Positions 6,176 to 14,700 of a DNA stretch of 64,000 nt are shown in pieces. Position numbers and translations under genes: made by a program. Under the pieces are notes generated by a model. The model ran no database searches and was not told the origin of the DNA. It worked only from the letters and a program-made list of their open reading frames with translations. Location of the stretch: the sequence record MT710307.1; one strand, 5' to 3'. Positions within the stretch are counted from its first letter, which is position 1. Every line of letters begins with the position of its first letter.

Positions 6176-6186
6176 GCCCTTATTTA

Positions 6187-6262
6187 GACTCTGTAGTTCA
6201 GTTGGTAGAACGGTGGACTGTTAATCCATATGTCGCAGGTTCAAGTCCTGCCAGAGTCGCCA
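6187..6262 (+). tRNA. trnN: tRNA-Asn(GTT)
   Basis: GACTCTG/CAGAGTC acceptor, loop CT-GTT-AA, G73, encoded CCA. Confidence 0.95.
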
Positions 6263-6533
6263 CATTTTGCATTGCCCGAGTCCCGAATGACATTCCGGAA
6301 AAATATCATCCATGGTCAAGGGCAGTGCAGAACCAAAATCCCAGCCTTCGCAGAAAAAGCTTACCTGCATTAGCGGTCCCCTGCGGGGGTTGGGTACCAC
6401 CTTTGTCCGTTTTGTTTTTTTCTCTTAATTGTCTGGCGATAATGGCGGGAACAAAACGGGTAAAGCCCTAGCGGGGGAAAAGCCGCTAACAACAACAGAA
6501 GCAGTAAAAACAGAAGTAAAAGCAGGAGTAGTT

Positions 6534-7346
6534 ATGTTTACTATCTTACGCAAAATCAATGGTAACCGCACACCAACTGAACACGAATCCCCAACGCTGG
6601 GTGATACGAAGTCACAAGTGTTCAAAGATGCGATGTCGCTCTTGACCGAATCCAATAACGTGCATAACTGCATGGATTCTGGGATGGATGCGAAGCCGTG
6701 GATTAACGGCAAACCCAAACCGATTGAGGAATGGGTAGAACGCTTTGAGAAAGTATTCGGTTCGACCGACGTAGACAACCAAGAGCTGGTTTCTCTGGTC
6801 AGTGAACTCGCGCCGGGGATGTTTGATAAATCGAATGCGCGTTTTGCATCCGACTTTGGTCAGTTGCAAGAAGCCTTCCTGAAAGACACCGGACAAACCA
6901 TCATCTGGAAATGTCCGAAAGGACTCCCGATTGATATCCAGTTCCAAGACATCCCCCGTCAGTCTGTTGAAACGCTACACACTACTCTCGATTTCATCGA
7001 AGCGGATGAATTGAAGTTTGCTGTGTTCAACAGCAAGGCGTTGTGGGATGGGTATAACTCCGCTGAACTGTTTGGCGGTGAAGCCACCGAGATTTCCTCG
7101 GTAGAACTCCAACACGTTTACTTTGACGATACGGCGATGCCGCAAGAAGCGGTACTTAAAGCCAACCGTCGTGGTACCCGCACTATGGAACAAGTCATTG
7201 GGGTGCTTGCTTATGGCAGCTCCGAGCAACCTGACCCAACCACGGGCAACGTGCCGGTCACAGTGATGACCTACGAGTTTATCTACCAAGGCGATGAAGT
7301 CTACATTACGAACCGTCACGGTAAGACTGTGGACTCCATCCGTTAA
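6534..7346 (+). CDS. hypothetical protein
   Basis: AGGAG RBS before ATG 6534 (MFTILRKING...); the listed ORF 6429..7346 is an upstream extension of it. Confidence 0.8.
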   Translation: MFTILRKINGNRTPTEHESPTLGDTKSQVFKDAMSLLTESNNVHNCMDSGMDAKPWINGKPKPIEEWVERFEKVFGSTDVDNQELVSLVSELAPGMFDKSNARFASDFGQLQEAFLKDTGQTIIWKCPKGLPIDIQFQDIPRQSVETLHTTLDFIEADELKFAVFNSKALWDGYNSAELFGGEATEISSVELQHVYFDDTAMPQEAVLKANRRGTRTMEQVIGVLAYGSSEQPDPTTGNVPVTVMTYEFIYQGDEVYITNRHGKTVDSIR

Positions 7347-7449
7347 GCATTAGCATGCTCGCTAATACCCGCCCTGAGGATTGGCCTCCTCATGCTTGAA
7401 GGGCGACTCTCCTGTAGTACGCTTTGTAAGTCGACGTAAATCGGTACGC

Positions 7450-7494
7450 CCTCTCCCCGAAAAGGGAGAGGGTAGTATCGTATATTTTTTTGGA
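7450..7494 (+). terminator. intrinsic terminator
   Basis: CCCTCTCCC-CGAAAA-GGGAGAGGG stem with a downstream T-run. Confidence 0.55.
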
Positions 7495-7496
7495 TA

Positions 7497-7512
7497 TATA
7501 TTACCTAGGTGA
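7497..7512 (+). promoter_or_regulatory. early (virion RNAP) promoter
   Basis: Exact TATATTAC (phiKZ early consensus) followed by CTAGGTGA; same pattern at five other intergenic sites. Confidence 0.7.
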
Positions 7513-7561
7513 GATTAAACTATAATCTTTTACCTATCATTAGACTTTCGAGGATAAACTT

Positions 7562-8542
7562 ATGCGTATCACCCCAATGTCAGCCCATGAAACTTTCGCT
7601 ATTCGTGGCTATAGTCCTGAAGAAGGCAAGCGTATCCGTGGTTATCTCCCGCGTCGCTTTGGTGACATCAACAATGCGCTGCCGTTGACGAACGCCGAGT
7701 TCTGGTTGGCGTACGAGTGCATGAAACACTACAATGACAATCCCAGTGACCGTGGCCGCTTTTACAGCGTCGGGCCGTTTAGCTTCCAAGCCAATGGCAA
7801 AGTCAATTACCGCTCTGAGAAGTTAAACGAAGACTTCTCCATGGTGGAGTTCATTCGCCACTTCGGCGATACGGTCTTCACCGACTTCGATGCTGAACTG
7901 GGCATGAAGGTTCCACGCACTAACGCAGATGGTTCGCTGGTAATGAAGAACCGTATGGTCGCCACGCGTCTGGTAGAGATTGAGAAGCAAGCCCAACCGA
8001 AAGAAGATTATTCCAGCTGGCATTCCAACAGCTGGATGAACTTCCCAGTGGGTCCTCTCTCCTTACCACCGACTGGGATGATATTACCGGAAACTATCCT
8101 GATGGCATCTCTACATGGTGAGATGGCGCAAGAGTATGCCAATACGCAGAGCGGGCGTATGTTCCATCCCACGATTGATTACAAATGGGTGGCCACGTAC
8201 GTTTACCTGAAGCGTTTATACCATGCGCGTGACCGTGAGTTCGGTCAGGATTATTATTCAGTTCGCTCATCCATTGACATGAACCTGCGCTTCCGTTCAA
8301 GTAACTCACTCTATCCGAGCGATGTCATGACAGCCCCGCACTTCTTCCACATTGATGGGGATCGTGTCATGTCCAAGAACGGCATCATTAACTGCCCACG
8401 CATCAACAACATGAATCCGATGGGATTCTACGAAAGGCTTTATCGCTTCAACAACAACGGCCATGTTTCCGCTATCACAACCATCCCCGCTACACTCTTC
8501 GAAGAGTACAGTGAAGATGAATGGAAAGCAGTCTTAGCATAA
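7562..8542 (+). CDS. hypothetical (early) protein
   Basis: 326-aa ORF, GAGGA RBS, downstream of the early promoter. Confidence 0.85.
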   Translation: MRITPMSAHETFAIRGYSPEEGKRIRGYLPRRFGDINNALPLTNAEFWLAYECMKHYNDNPSDRGRFYSVGPFSFQANGKVNYRSEKLNEDFSMVEFIRHFGDTVFTDFDAELGMKVPRTNADGSLVMKNRMVATRLVEIEKQAQPKEDYSSWHSNSWMNFPVGPLSLPPTGMILPETILMASLHGEMAQEYANTQSGRMFHPTIDYKWVATYVYLKRLYHARDREFGQDYYSVRSSIDMNLRFRSSNSLYPSDVMTAPHFFHIDGDRVMSKNGIINCPRINNMNPMGFYERLYRFNNNGHVSAITTIPATLFEEYSEDEWKAVLA

Positions 8543-8548
8543 CTTTAG

Positions 8549-8578
8549 AGCGGGGGTAAAACCCCGCTTTATTTTTTT
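8549..8578 (+). terminator. intrinsic terminator
   Basis: AGCGGGG/CCCCGCT stem plus T-tract. Confidence 0.8.
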
Positions 8579-8613
8579 ACTTGAATACCTGATTTATATA
8601 GGAGGGTAACATC

Positions 8614-9054
8614 ATGAAATCCAATTTGGCTTACAGCTTTAACATCGTCCCATTCTATCACCCTATCGAAATGACCCGTGCGTTAACCGACGGTATTTTA
8701 CCTGAGACGTTTATACCGAAAGGTCGCTACGATGAAATGTTGCTGGAGACAGTGCTCCCCATCATCATTAGCCATCCGCTGTTCGGAGAGTTTTCGTCTA
8801 AGCTGACACCCCAAGAAGGGTCGGCCTTCCGTAAAGGTGATGATGTGCCGGTGATTACCACCACGTATAACATCTCACGTCAGGAAGCGAAAGCCATGGC
8901 TCGCGACCCGGATGTTTTCTTCCGGTTCATGAAGTCGATGGCGGAAGCTTTAGATAAACGCGCCCTGCCGTTTGAGGAAATCTTCGCGGTGCTCCTCGAC
9001 GCTATCTGTGCAAGTGACTTTGCCATGTTCCACAACACGGGCAGTCTGCACTAA
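8614..9054 (+). CDS. hypothetical protein
   Basis: 146 aa, AGGAGG RBS. Confidence 0.85.
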   Translation: MKSNLAYSFNIVPFYHPIEMTRALTDGILPETFIPKGRYDEMLLETVLPIIISHPLFGEFSSKLTPQEGSAFRKGDDVPVITTTYNISRQEAKAMARDPDVFFRFMKSMAEALDKRALPFEEIFAVLLDAICASDFAMFHNTGSLH

Positions 9055-9120
9055 AAATTACGCCAGAGTCCCTCCCTATAGGGAATCTGTGCCTGTATAG
9101 ATTCCAATAGGAGATGAACC

Positions 9121-9507
9121 ATGAAGACGACACTGCGTCCGATGGACGTGATTCTCGCTCACCCCGACACGCTCAGTAAAATCGCACCACAGTCAGAACT
9201 CGACCGCCGTTTATTAGAAAGCCTAGAATGGGGATTTACCCTCCACCCAGATGAGGTTTCCAACACACGCGTTCTTGATGTTTCTGACACCGTAGTGATT
9301 GACTGGACAGAACGTGAAGGTTGTGACGATGTGCGAGAGTACGTGGCGCAAGCAACGGTACCTCCACGCGTACCCATCGCTGGACTGGCTGAACACACCA
9401 TTTCTCTGCGCCGTTTATGCAACGCTCAAGATGAGATTGTTCGCAACGGTGAAGCGTGGAGTTATGGTACTGCCAGTCACCTGAAGAACGTGCTCCTTCA
9501 GGCGTAA
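9121..9507 (+). CDS. hypothetical protein
   Basis: 128 aa, AGGAG RBS. Confidence 0.8.
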   Translation: MKTTLRPMDVILAHPDTLSKIAPQSELDRRLLESLEWGFTLHPDEVSNTRVLDVSDTVVIDWTEREGCDDVREYVAQATVPPRVPIAGLAEHTISLRRLCNAQDEIVRNGEAWSYGTASHLKNVLLQA

Positions 9508-9559
9508 AAAAGAAAAGAAGATAACCCCTGCCGAAGCAGGGGTTGGTCTTTCTTTTTTT
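9508..9559. terminator. bidirectional terminator between convergent genes
   Basis: AACCCCTGC-CGAA-GCAGGGGTT with an A-tract before and a T-tract after. Confidence 0.85.
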
Positions 9560-9561
9560 GT

Positions 9562-10374
9562 CTACGATTTGAAACGGCCACCGGACATGTAGTTGTAGCG
9601 GTTGCCGATGTCGTCGTTGTGAACCAGCGCACGCTTCATGGCAGGCAAGGTGTCGTCGAACATCTGACCGGCATCCGAATACCCTTCCACCACATTACGG
9701 AACGCACCGAACTCCATACCGTTCTCAATCTTACCGGAATCCATATCGAAGATGAGTTGGTTATAGATGTACTGCTTCGTGGCAAAGACCGCCAAGTCAG
9801 CCACACGCGGATAGAACGGCGTCTTGATTTCGTTCAGTTCTTCACTGAGCTTATACATGATCGCAATCTTCGTGGCGTAGACAAACATACCGGGGTCTTT
9901 AATCTTGATGGTGTTCGGCCCCAGCACCCGCACCTCAGGAGAACTGATGCGCGGTAAAGCAGAGTTCGAATCGACGACTAACTGCGTCGCGGCGAGCGCA
10001 CCGGTGGTGGCCCCATCCAGATACGAGCCCGCAGGCGGGAGTGTATACGCCTGACCGGCCACCGGCGTAACTGCGATGTGCGCTTCGAGGATTTCGCGGC
10101 CACCCGTTTTAAATTCATCGATGTGGTAAATGCGCGAGTAGTAGTCTTCCGTATCGTTCTCATAGGGCAACCCCTGTAAGTCAAGTTCGGTATATTGCCC
10201 CATGCGGGACACTTCGGGAATCACATACTCACGAATCACCTTATCCATGATTTCGTTTTCAATGCTACTGGCCACGCCCAACATCCGGAGGTTCTCTGGT
10301 GTAAAGGCGACTTTCAGCAGCGGTAAAGGAATGTCTCGCCGTATTTTGCGGAGACAATAATCTATCACGTTCAT
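9562..10374 (-). CDS. conserved jumbo-phage protein, probably virion structural
   Basis: 270-aa ORF with GGAG RBS and an upstream TATG on the minus strand; function inferred only from context. Confidence 0.7.
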   Translation of the reverse strand: MNVIDYCLRKIRRDIPLPLLKVAFTPENLRMLGVASSIENEIMDKVIREYVIPEVSRMGQYTELDLQGLPYENDTEDYYSRIYHIDEFKTGGREILEAHIAVTPVAGQAYTLPPAGSYLDGATTGALAATQLVVDSNSALPRISSPEVRVLGPNTIKIKDPGMFVYATKIAIMYKLSEELNEIKTPFYPRVADLAVFATKQYIYNQLIFDMDSGKIENGMEFGAFRNVVEGYSDAGQMFDDTLPAMKRALVHNDDIGNRYNYMSGGRFKS

Positions 10375-10496
10375 TTTGGGCTCCAGAGTGGCGTTAGGCA
10401 GCTTTCATAGCATGGGTGGTGGGGTAGGATAGGTTATAGTAAAAAATACGCTATATGGCTATTATGTGCGTACCACAGTCTAATTAATTTGACATA

Positions 10497-10512
10497 GATA
10501 TTATCTTTGTGA
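10497..10512 (+). promoter_or_regulatory. early promoter
   Basis: GATATTATC-TTT-GTGA matches the recurrent (T/G)ATATTA(T/C)-N4-GTGA motif. Confidence 0.65.
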
Positions 10513-10536
10513 CGAAACCATAAGGAGTATCTACTC

Positions 10537-10809
10537 ATGACGCGGGTGTTCTTTGAACTGAACTTGAAAACCAAGCGCGGTTACATCGGTCCCCACTGGA
10601 TTATCATCAATGCGATTCAAGAACTCATCTATCCGGGAACATTCAACCTTGATAAACCTCTGCTGGATCGTGCCGAGGAATATTTCGGTACGGATGCTTG
10701 GTACATGATTGCAAAGTTGGGTCCGAACCACCGTCATCCATTTATTTACCACAACGGGGTTGTAGAAACATGGTCAAGCTATACATCAAACCAGCTGATG
10801 TGCATGTAA
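10537..10809 (+). CDS. hypothetical protein
   Basis: 90 aa, TAAGGAG RBS; first gene of an overlapping operon. Confidence 0.75.
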   Translation: MTRVFFELNLKTKRGYIGPHWIIINAIQELIYPGTFNLDKPLLDRAEEYFGTDAWYMIAKLGPNHRHPFIYHNGVVETWSSYTSNQLMCM

Positions 10810-11423
10810 GCTTTTGGGGTGAGGCAGACAAGACGCCGTATGTGCAAGCATTACGCATGTCTGAGATGCAACGTCAGGAGGTGACAGTCCAGCTCCTTCA
10901 CACCGCATTAGAACACATCTTCCTTTCGCTCGAGGAGATGCCTTTCGCACAACTGCATGACCACCTTGAGAAGTATGTTGATCAGGTGCAGCTGCATAAG
11001 CTCCTGCATCAAGACAAGAAGTTGGAAGAACCCGAGGTTATTCGCGGGCGAACCCGTATTGTAACAGAAACCATATTCGGTAACGATATCCTCGATACCC
11101 GACTGGTTGACCGCGTCGTTTATGCAACTATCCGTGAACTGATTGATGTGGCGTTCGGTGATATCTTCAACAAGTTTGTTGATCAGATTGAATCGATGAT
11201 TGAAGAATCGTGCAAACTGTGTAAGCGCAAGTTCAACCGTTACGCGATTGTGACTATCACGCCGCGACTGGGTGTTCGTGCGAAACTTGTTTGTTTGGAA
11301 CTCGAACTGGGTGATGATATTCGACATGTCTACTTCAATCAACGTTTCCCAACCGGGCGGTATAGTTCAGATAACGATGATAAAATTCGTGACCTGCAAA
11401 GCCTACTTCCGAATATTAGCTGA
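10770..11423 (+). CDS. hypothetical protein
   Basis: In frame with ORF 10698..11423; start at ATG 10770 is uncertain. Confidence 0.75.
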   Translation: MVKLYIKPADVHVSFWGEADKTPYVQALRMSEMQRQEVTVQLLHTALEHIFLSLEEMPFAQLHDHLEKYVDQVQLHKLLHQDKKLEEPEVIRGRTRIVTETIFGNDILDTRLVDRVVYATIRELIDVAFGDIFNKFVDQIESMIEESCKLCKRKFNRYAIVTITPRLGVRAKLVCLELELGDDIRHVYFNQRFPTGRYSSDNDDKIRDLQSLLPNIS

Positions 11424-11745
11424 GGAGGAAGGACTTAGCAGTTACGATGTGCAGGTCTTGCTCAAGGATATTATCCTCGACCTGTTCAACTATCTGTTAT
11501 CTGGCTTCAATCCCACGGGTTCATGGGACGGCACTGCGGTGACGGTCATTGTGCGTTCTACACGTCCAAAGACCACAACGAATCAGGCCAACAATTGGGC
11601 GCGTCATGTTCGTCGTGCAATTTGCGAAGAACTGAATGTCCCCGCCAAAGGGTATCGGTTATGGTTGAATGTGACCGATGAGTTTATCCGCTTTATCCCG
11701 TATAAGGATCAGGACTATGAAAACGCTTTACTTCGAGTTTCCTGA
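11377..11745 (+). CDS. hypothetical protein
   Basis: In frame with ORF 11272..11745; start uncertain (11326 or 11377). Confidence 0.7.
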   Translation: MIKFVTCKAYFRILAEEEGLSSYDVQVLLKDIILDLFNYLLSGFNPTGSWDGTAVTVIVRSTRPKTTTNQANNWARHVRRAICEELNVPAKGYRLWLNVTDEFIRFIPYKDQDYENALLRVS

Positions 11746-12106
11746 AACCTATCGCGAGATTAATCGGGTGCTCGAAAAATTTACGAATAAAAACTATTTT
11801 GATGACCCGGACACCATCGATCATTACATCGAGTTGCTCGTTCGCATGGAAACCCATCGGCGCTTGTACAACGCGGATATCGGTTCCCTGAAAAAGTGGA
11901 TGCGCAGTGAAATGGTTCGATGGCCGGTTTCTGCCGACTACTTCTCCAATAACACGGTGCAGTTATACATTATTGAGTCTTCGGATCTTTGGGCTGCGAT
12001 AGACAAAGAGATGACCATCACGCCTAACCCCGATTTCATCATGTGGCACGTTGAGCGTGGTGTGTGGAAAATGATCACTTCAGGAGTCAACCTTTATGTT
12101 AAGTAA
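11717..12106 (+). CDS. hypothetical protein
   Basis: AGGA RBS before ATG 11717 (MKTLYFEFP...). Confidence 0.8.
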   Translation: MKTLYFEFPETYREINRVLEKFTNKNYFDDPDTIDHYIELLVRMETHRRLYNADIGSLKKWMRSEMVRWPVSADYFSNNTVQLYIIESSDLWAAIDKEMTITPNPDFIMWHVERGVWKMITSGVNLYVK

Positions 12107-12602
12107 CACCTATTGCCTCATTCCCGATTACCAAGAGGTGGCGGGCCCGTTAACCGAGTTTGACCCTGCATCCGTTCTCCGCGAAGTCAATGAAGACATG
12201 AACACGATTATCAACCGTGCCTTCACGTTTGTTGAGACGGGTCATTTGGACGGCTCGCTCGAGTTCAGCATGAAGAACACCTTCAACTACGTGGCGACCG
12301 AACTGTCTACTCGTGGGATTGTGTTGGATAACGAGTCGACCGTGGTCTATGCGAACGCCATCCAAAGTGTCGGTAAAGCATTCATGGTGGCAATTTCCTC
12401 TTCCCCTTACTGGTTCACCCGTTACGGTAAGTGGGTCGGTGCGCGGTATAGTCCAACGTGTATCGGTGGGGTTGATGTCTACCTTGACCATAACCAGCAG
12501 AAATTACCGCAGTTCGAATCCGCTGAACAGTATCAGGCTATTACGCCGCGATTACTGACGGTGGTTGACATGCTGATTGGTAATCTGGGGGGTCGCCTAT
12601 GA
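12096..12602 (+). CDS. hypothetical protein
   Basis: 168 aa, AGGAG RBS, overlaps both neighbours. Confidence 0.8.
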   Translation: MLSNTYCLIPDYQEVAGPLTEFDPASVLREVNEDMNTIINRAFTFVETGHLDGSLEFSMKNTFNYVATELSTRGIVLDNESTVVYANAIQSVGKAFMVAISSSPYWFTRYGKWVGARYSPTCIGGVDVYLDHNQQKLPQFESAEQYQAITPRLLTVVDMLIGNLGGRL

Positions 12603-13171
12603 AGGTCTTTTACGATGTGTCCTCACGGGTTGTGGAGTTCGGGGCTACGCGCTTTTATGAACACGTCCGTGAACACATCTCCGCGATACTGACGGAGTGC
12701 CAGTTAGAGGTGACGAATGAAACCGTCGATAACCTTTATCATCTCTATCAACGTTATGCCATGGCGTATGTCATTGGAGTAACGGCGCGGAACGCCGGTA
12801 AGTTTATCGAAAATTTGGTCGATGAATTTGCCGAGGGTGATGAAGACAGTTACACCCTAGCAACTGATCGCTCAGGCTATGAGCTTCGTCAACAGGGGTT
12901 ATTACTTGACCGTGCATTCGAAGACATTGTGGTGGATGAGTTACCGCTCATCTCGTCAATGATTGCACAGTTCCCCGGTTGTTCGGGTACGCAAGAGGAG
13001 CATGAGAAAGCGATCAACATGGCCGCCGCCTTGTTCTTAGATGAAACCAGCACGGAACTGATGGGCCTAGCCAGCGTTATTGGTTCTGTGTGTCCGGGGA
13101 AATATATTGAACACTACGGCGATGATTTCAAAGGGTTAGTGGTGGTTTGCGAGCATGAAACTCTATTTTGA
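12599..13171 (+). CDS. hypothetical protein
   Basis: 190 aa, ATGA-coupled to the upstream gene. Confidence 0.8.
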   Translation: MKVFYDVSSRVVEFGATRFYEHVREHISAILTECQLEVTNETVDNLYHLYQRYAMAYVIGVTARNAGKFIENLVDEFAEGDEDSYTLATDRSGYELRQQGLLLDRAFEDIVVDELPLISSMIAQFPGCSGTQEEHEKAINMAAALFLDETSTELMGLASVIGSVCPGKYIEHYGDDFKGLVVVCEHETLF

Positions 13172-13589
13172 CCTCAATGATATCTGTGATGTTCCCGCTA
13201 TGCTTGACCGAGTTAACCAAGACAGCAATCGTTTCACAGGTGACTCGGCAAAAGCGTTTTACGCATTCACTGCGATGTATGCAGCCTACTCGCTCCGGTC
13301 TATTATCAACGGCGCGGCAGGAAATAACTTTGTTACTTATGTACCCGTTAAGGCCGCCAGCGTGTTTTCGAACATGACCAGCGTGTGGTCGCATGACACC
13401 ATCATCGACCTGCGTGTGTGTTTCGACACTATCGATATGGAGAACGTGGTGCGCTTTAACAATGTGATTGCTACCGTGGACCATGCGTTGTTAAGCGAGG
13501 GCAAAACGTTCGAATCAATAAAAGACGCCAGTCACATACACATCGACCTGACAAACCCAAACGGGACGGTGGTGTGTCTGGAGTGTTAA
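13155..13589 (+). CDS. hypothetical protein
   Basis: 144 aa within the overlapping chain. Confidence 0.75.
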   Translation: MKLYFDLNDICDVPAMLDRVNQDSNRFTGDSAKAFYAFTAMYAAYSLRSIINGAAGNNFVTYVPVKAASVFSNMTSVWSHDTIIDLRVCFDTIDMENVVRFNNVIATVDHALLSEGKTFESIKDASHIHIDLTNPNGTVVCLEC

Positions 13590-13598
13590 GGAGTTGCG

Positions 13599-14195
13599 AT
13601 GGTCTACAAAGTGGTAGCCTACCACACCTGGAGCATGCATTTGGGTGTGGTGGAGTATCTGACCGGCAGTGAGGCGTTTTCAGAACTGGTGACACGAACC
13701 GTTGAGTCGTTTCCCAAGATGAAGATTGCTCTCCCCGTAGGTCCGTTGGAAGAAGACGCGATCTTCGCCGCGTTGCACAATACCATGCCCTCCTATCTTC
13801 AAGCCTTTATGCTCACCATGACACGGGCCGAAGAATCCCACGTTAAGAGCTTCCTGAAATCGCTCGATAAAGAATATCGGCGTTGGAAGTTTGGCACGGA
13901 AATGGATTCGGGTTCAGTTGACGGTGTGCTGGAAGATCTGGTTCCACTGATTAAGCTCTACAAAGCAAACAATGCCGAAGGGGCAACCGTGACCAAGACC
14001 TTATTGGATTACTCGGTTGAAACATTGGCACAGTTCTTTGCTGGGGCAATTGTGGAAGAGTTCCGCGACGCGGTAGAGATGTTCCTGACGTGTCATCACG
14101 GAAAGGTGCAGTCCCTGAACGTGGTGTTGGACTTCCCGCAATGTCAGTATAACCTCATGGGTATGAGGCTAATAATTGATGTGTCGGAGGAATGA
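13599..14195 (+). CDS. hypothetical protein
   Basis: 198 aa, TAAGGAG RBS. Confidence 0.8.
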   Translation: MVYKVVAYHTWSMHLGVVEYLTGSEAFSELVTRTVESFPKMKIALPVGPLEEDAIFAALHNTMPSYLQAFMLTMTRAEESHVKSFLKSLDKEYRRWKFGTEMDSGSVDGVLEDLVPLIKLYKANNAEGATVTKTLLDYSVETLAQFFAGAIVEEFRDAVEMFLTCHHGKVQSLNVVLDFPQCQYNLMGMRLIIDVSEE

Positions 14196-14599
14196 TGTTT
14201 GACGTGAAGAGTCTGGAGGAGGGGAGCATCGTAAACATCGTTTATGATACCCCGATGCTTCAACCCGAAACGCGTGTGACGGTGTTGGGAACCTGCGGCT
14301 ATGAAATGGCACGCAGTATCGAAGATGTGACGGTGAAGCAGAAGAATATCTTCTCAACCATCGTCTCCCAACCAGAGAACAACGTAGCGAAGTATCGCTA
14401 TCTGATGTTCAAAGGGGCGGACGGCAAAGCCCATGTGGCTGCTGATGCGTGGATTCGTAGTGTGTCGGTTATCAAGAACCTGCAAGTGCGGTTCATGACG
14501 ATTGTGGACAACCGCGAGGAGATTGATTTAATCACCAAAGCGTTGGCCGACCGAGGCATTAACGATGTCACGTTTGAAATCGTGGACAACACCAACTGA
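14192..14599 (+). CDS. conserved Chimalliviridae protein (syntenic with phiKZ gp49)
   Basis: 135 aa, GGAGG RBS, immediately upstream of the DNA polymerase. Confidence 0.65.
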   Translation: MMFDVKSLEEGSIVNIVYDTPMLQPETRVTVLGTCGYEMARSIEDVTVKQKNIFSTIVSQPENNVAKYRYLMFKGADGKAHVAADAWIRSVSVIKNLQVRFMTIVDNREEIDLITKALADRGINDVTFEIVDNTN

Positions 14600-14604
14600 A
14601 TACT

Positions 14605-14636
14605 CTCCTCGCTTCGGCGGGGAGGTTATTTTTTTT
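14605..14636 (+). terminator. intrinsic terminator
   Basis: CTCCTCGC-TTCG-GCGGGGAG plus T-tract. Confidence 0.85.
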
Positions 14637-14700
14637 GATCTTTTTTCACGTCAGTGGGTAATGTTATAGATGAAGATCCCGCGACCCACAGGAGTACAGC

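Noticed and set aside
4411-6471. Short ORFs across the tRNA array (e.g. 4411..4620, 4803..4994, 5128..5385, 5569..5865, 6202..6471)
   Set aside because: They overlap tRNAs or structured elements, lack RBSs and have unnatural composition.
6429-6533. N-terminal extension of the 6534 gene
   Set aside because: It starts at TTG inside the terminator tail without an RBS; ATG 6534 has a good AGGAG.
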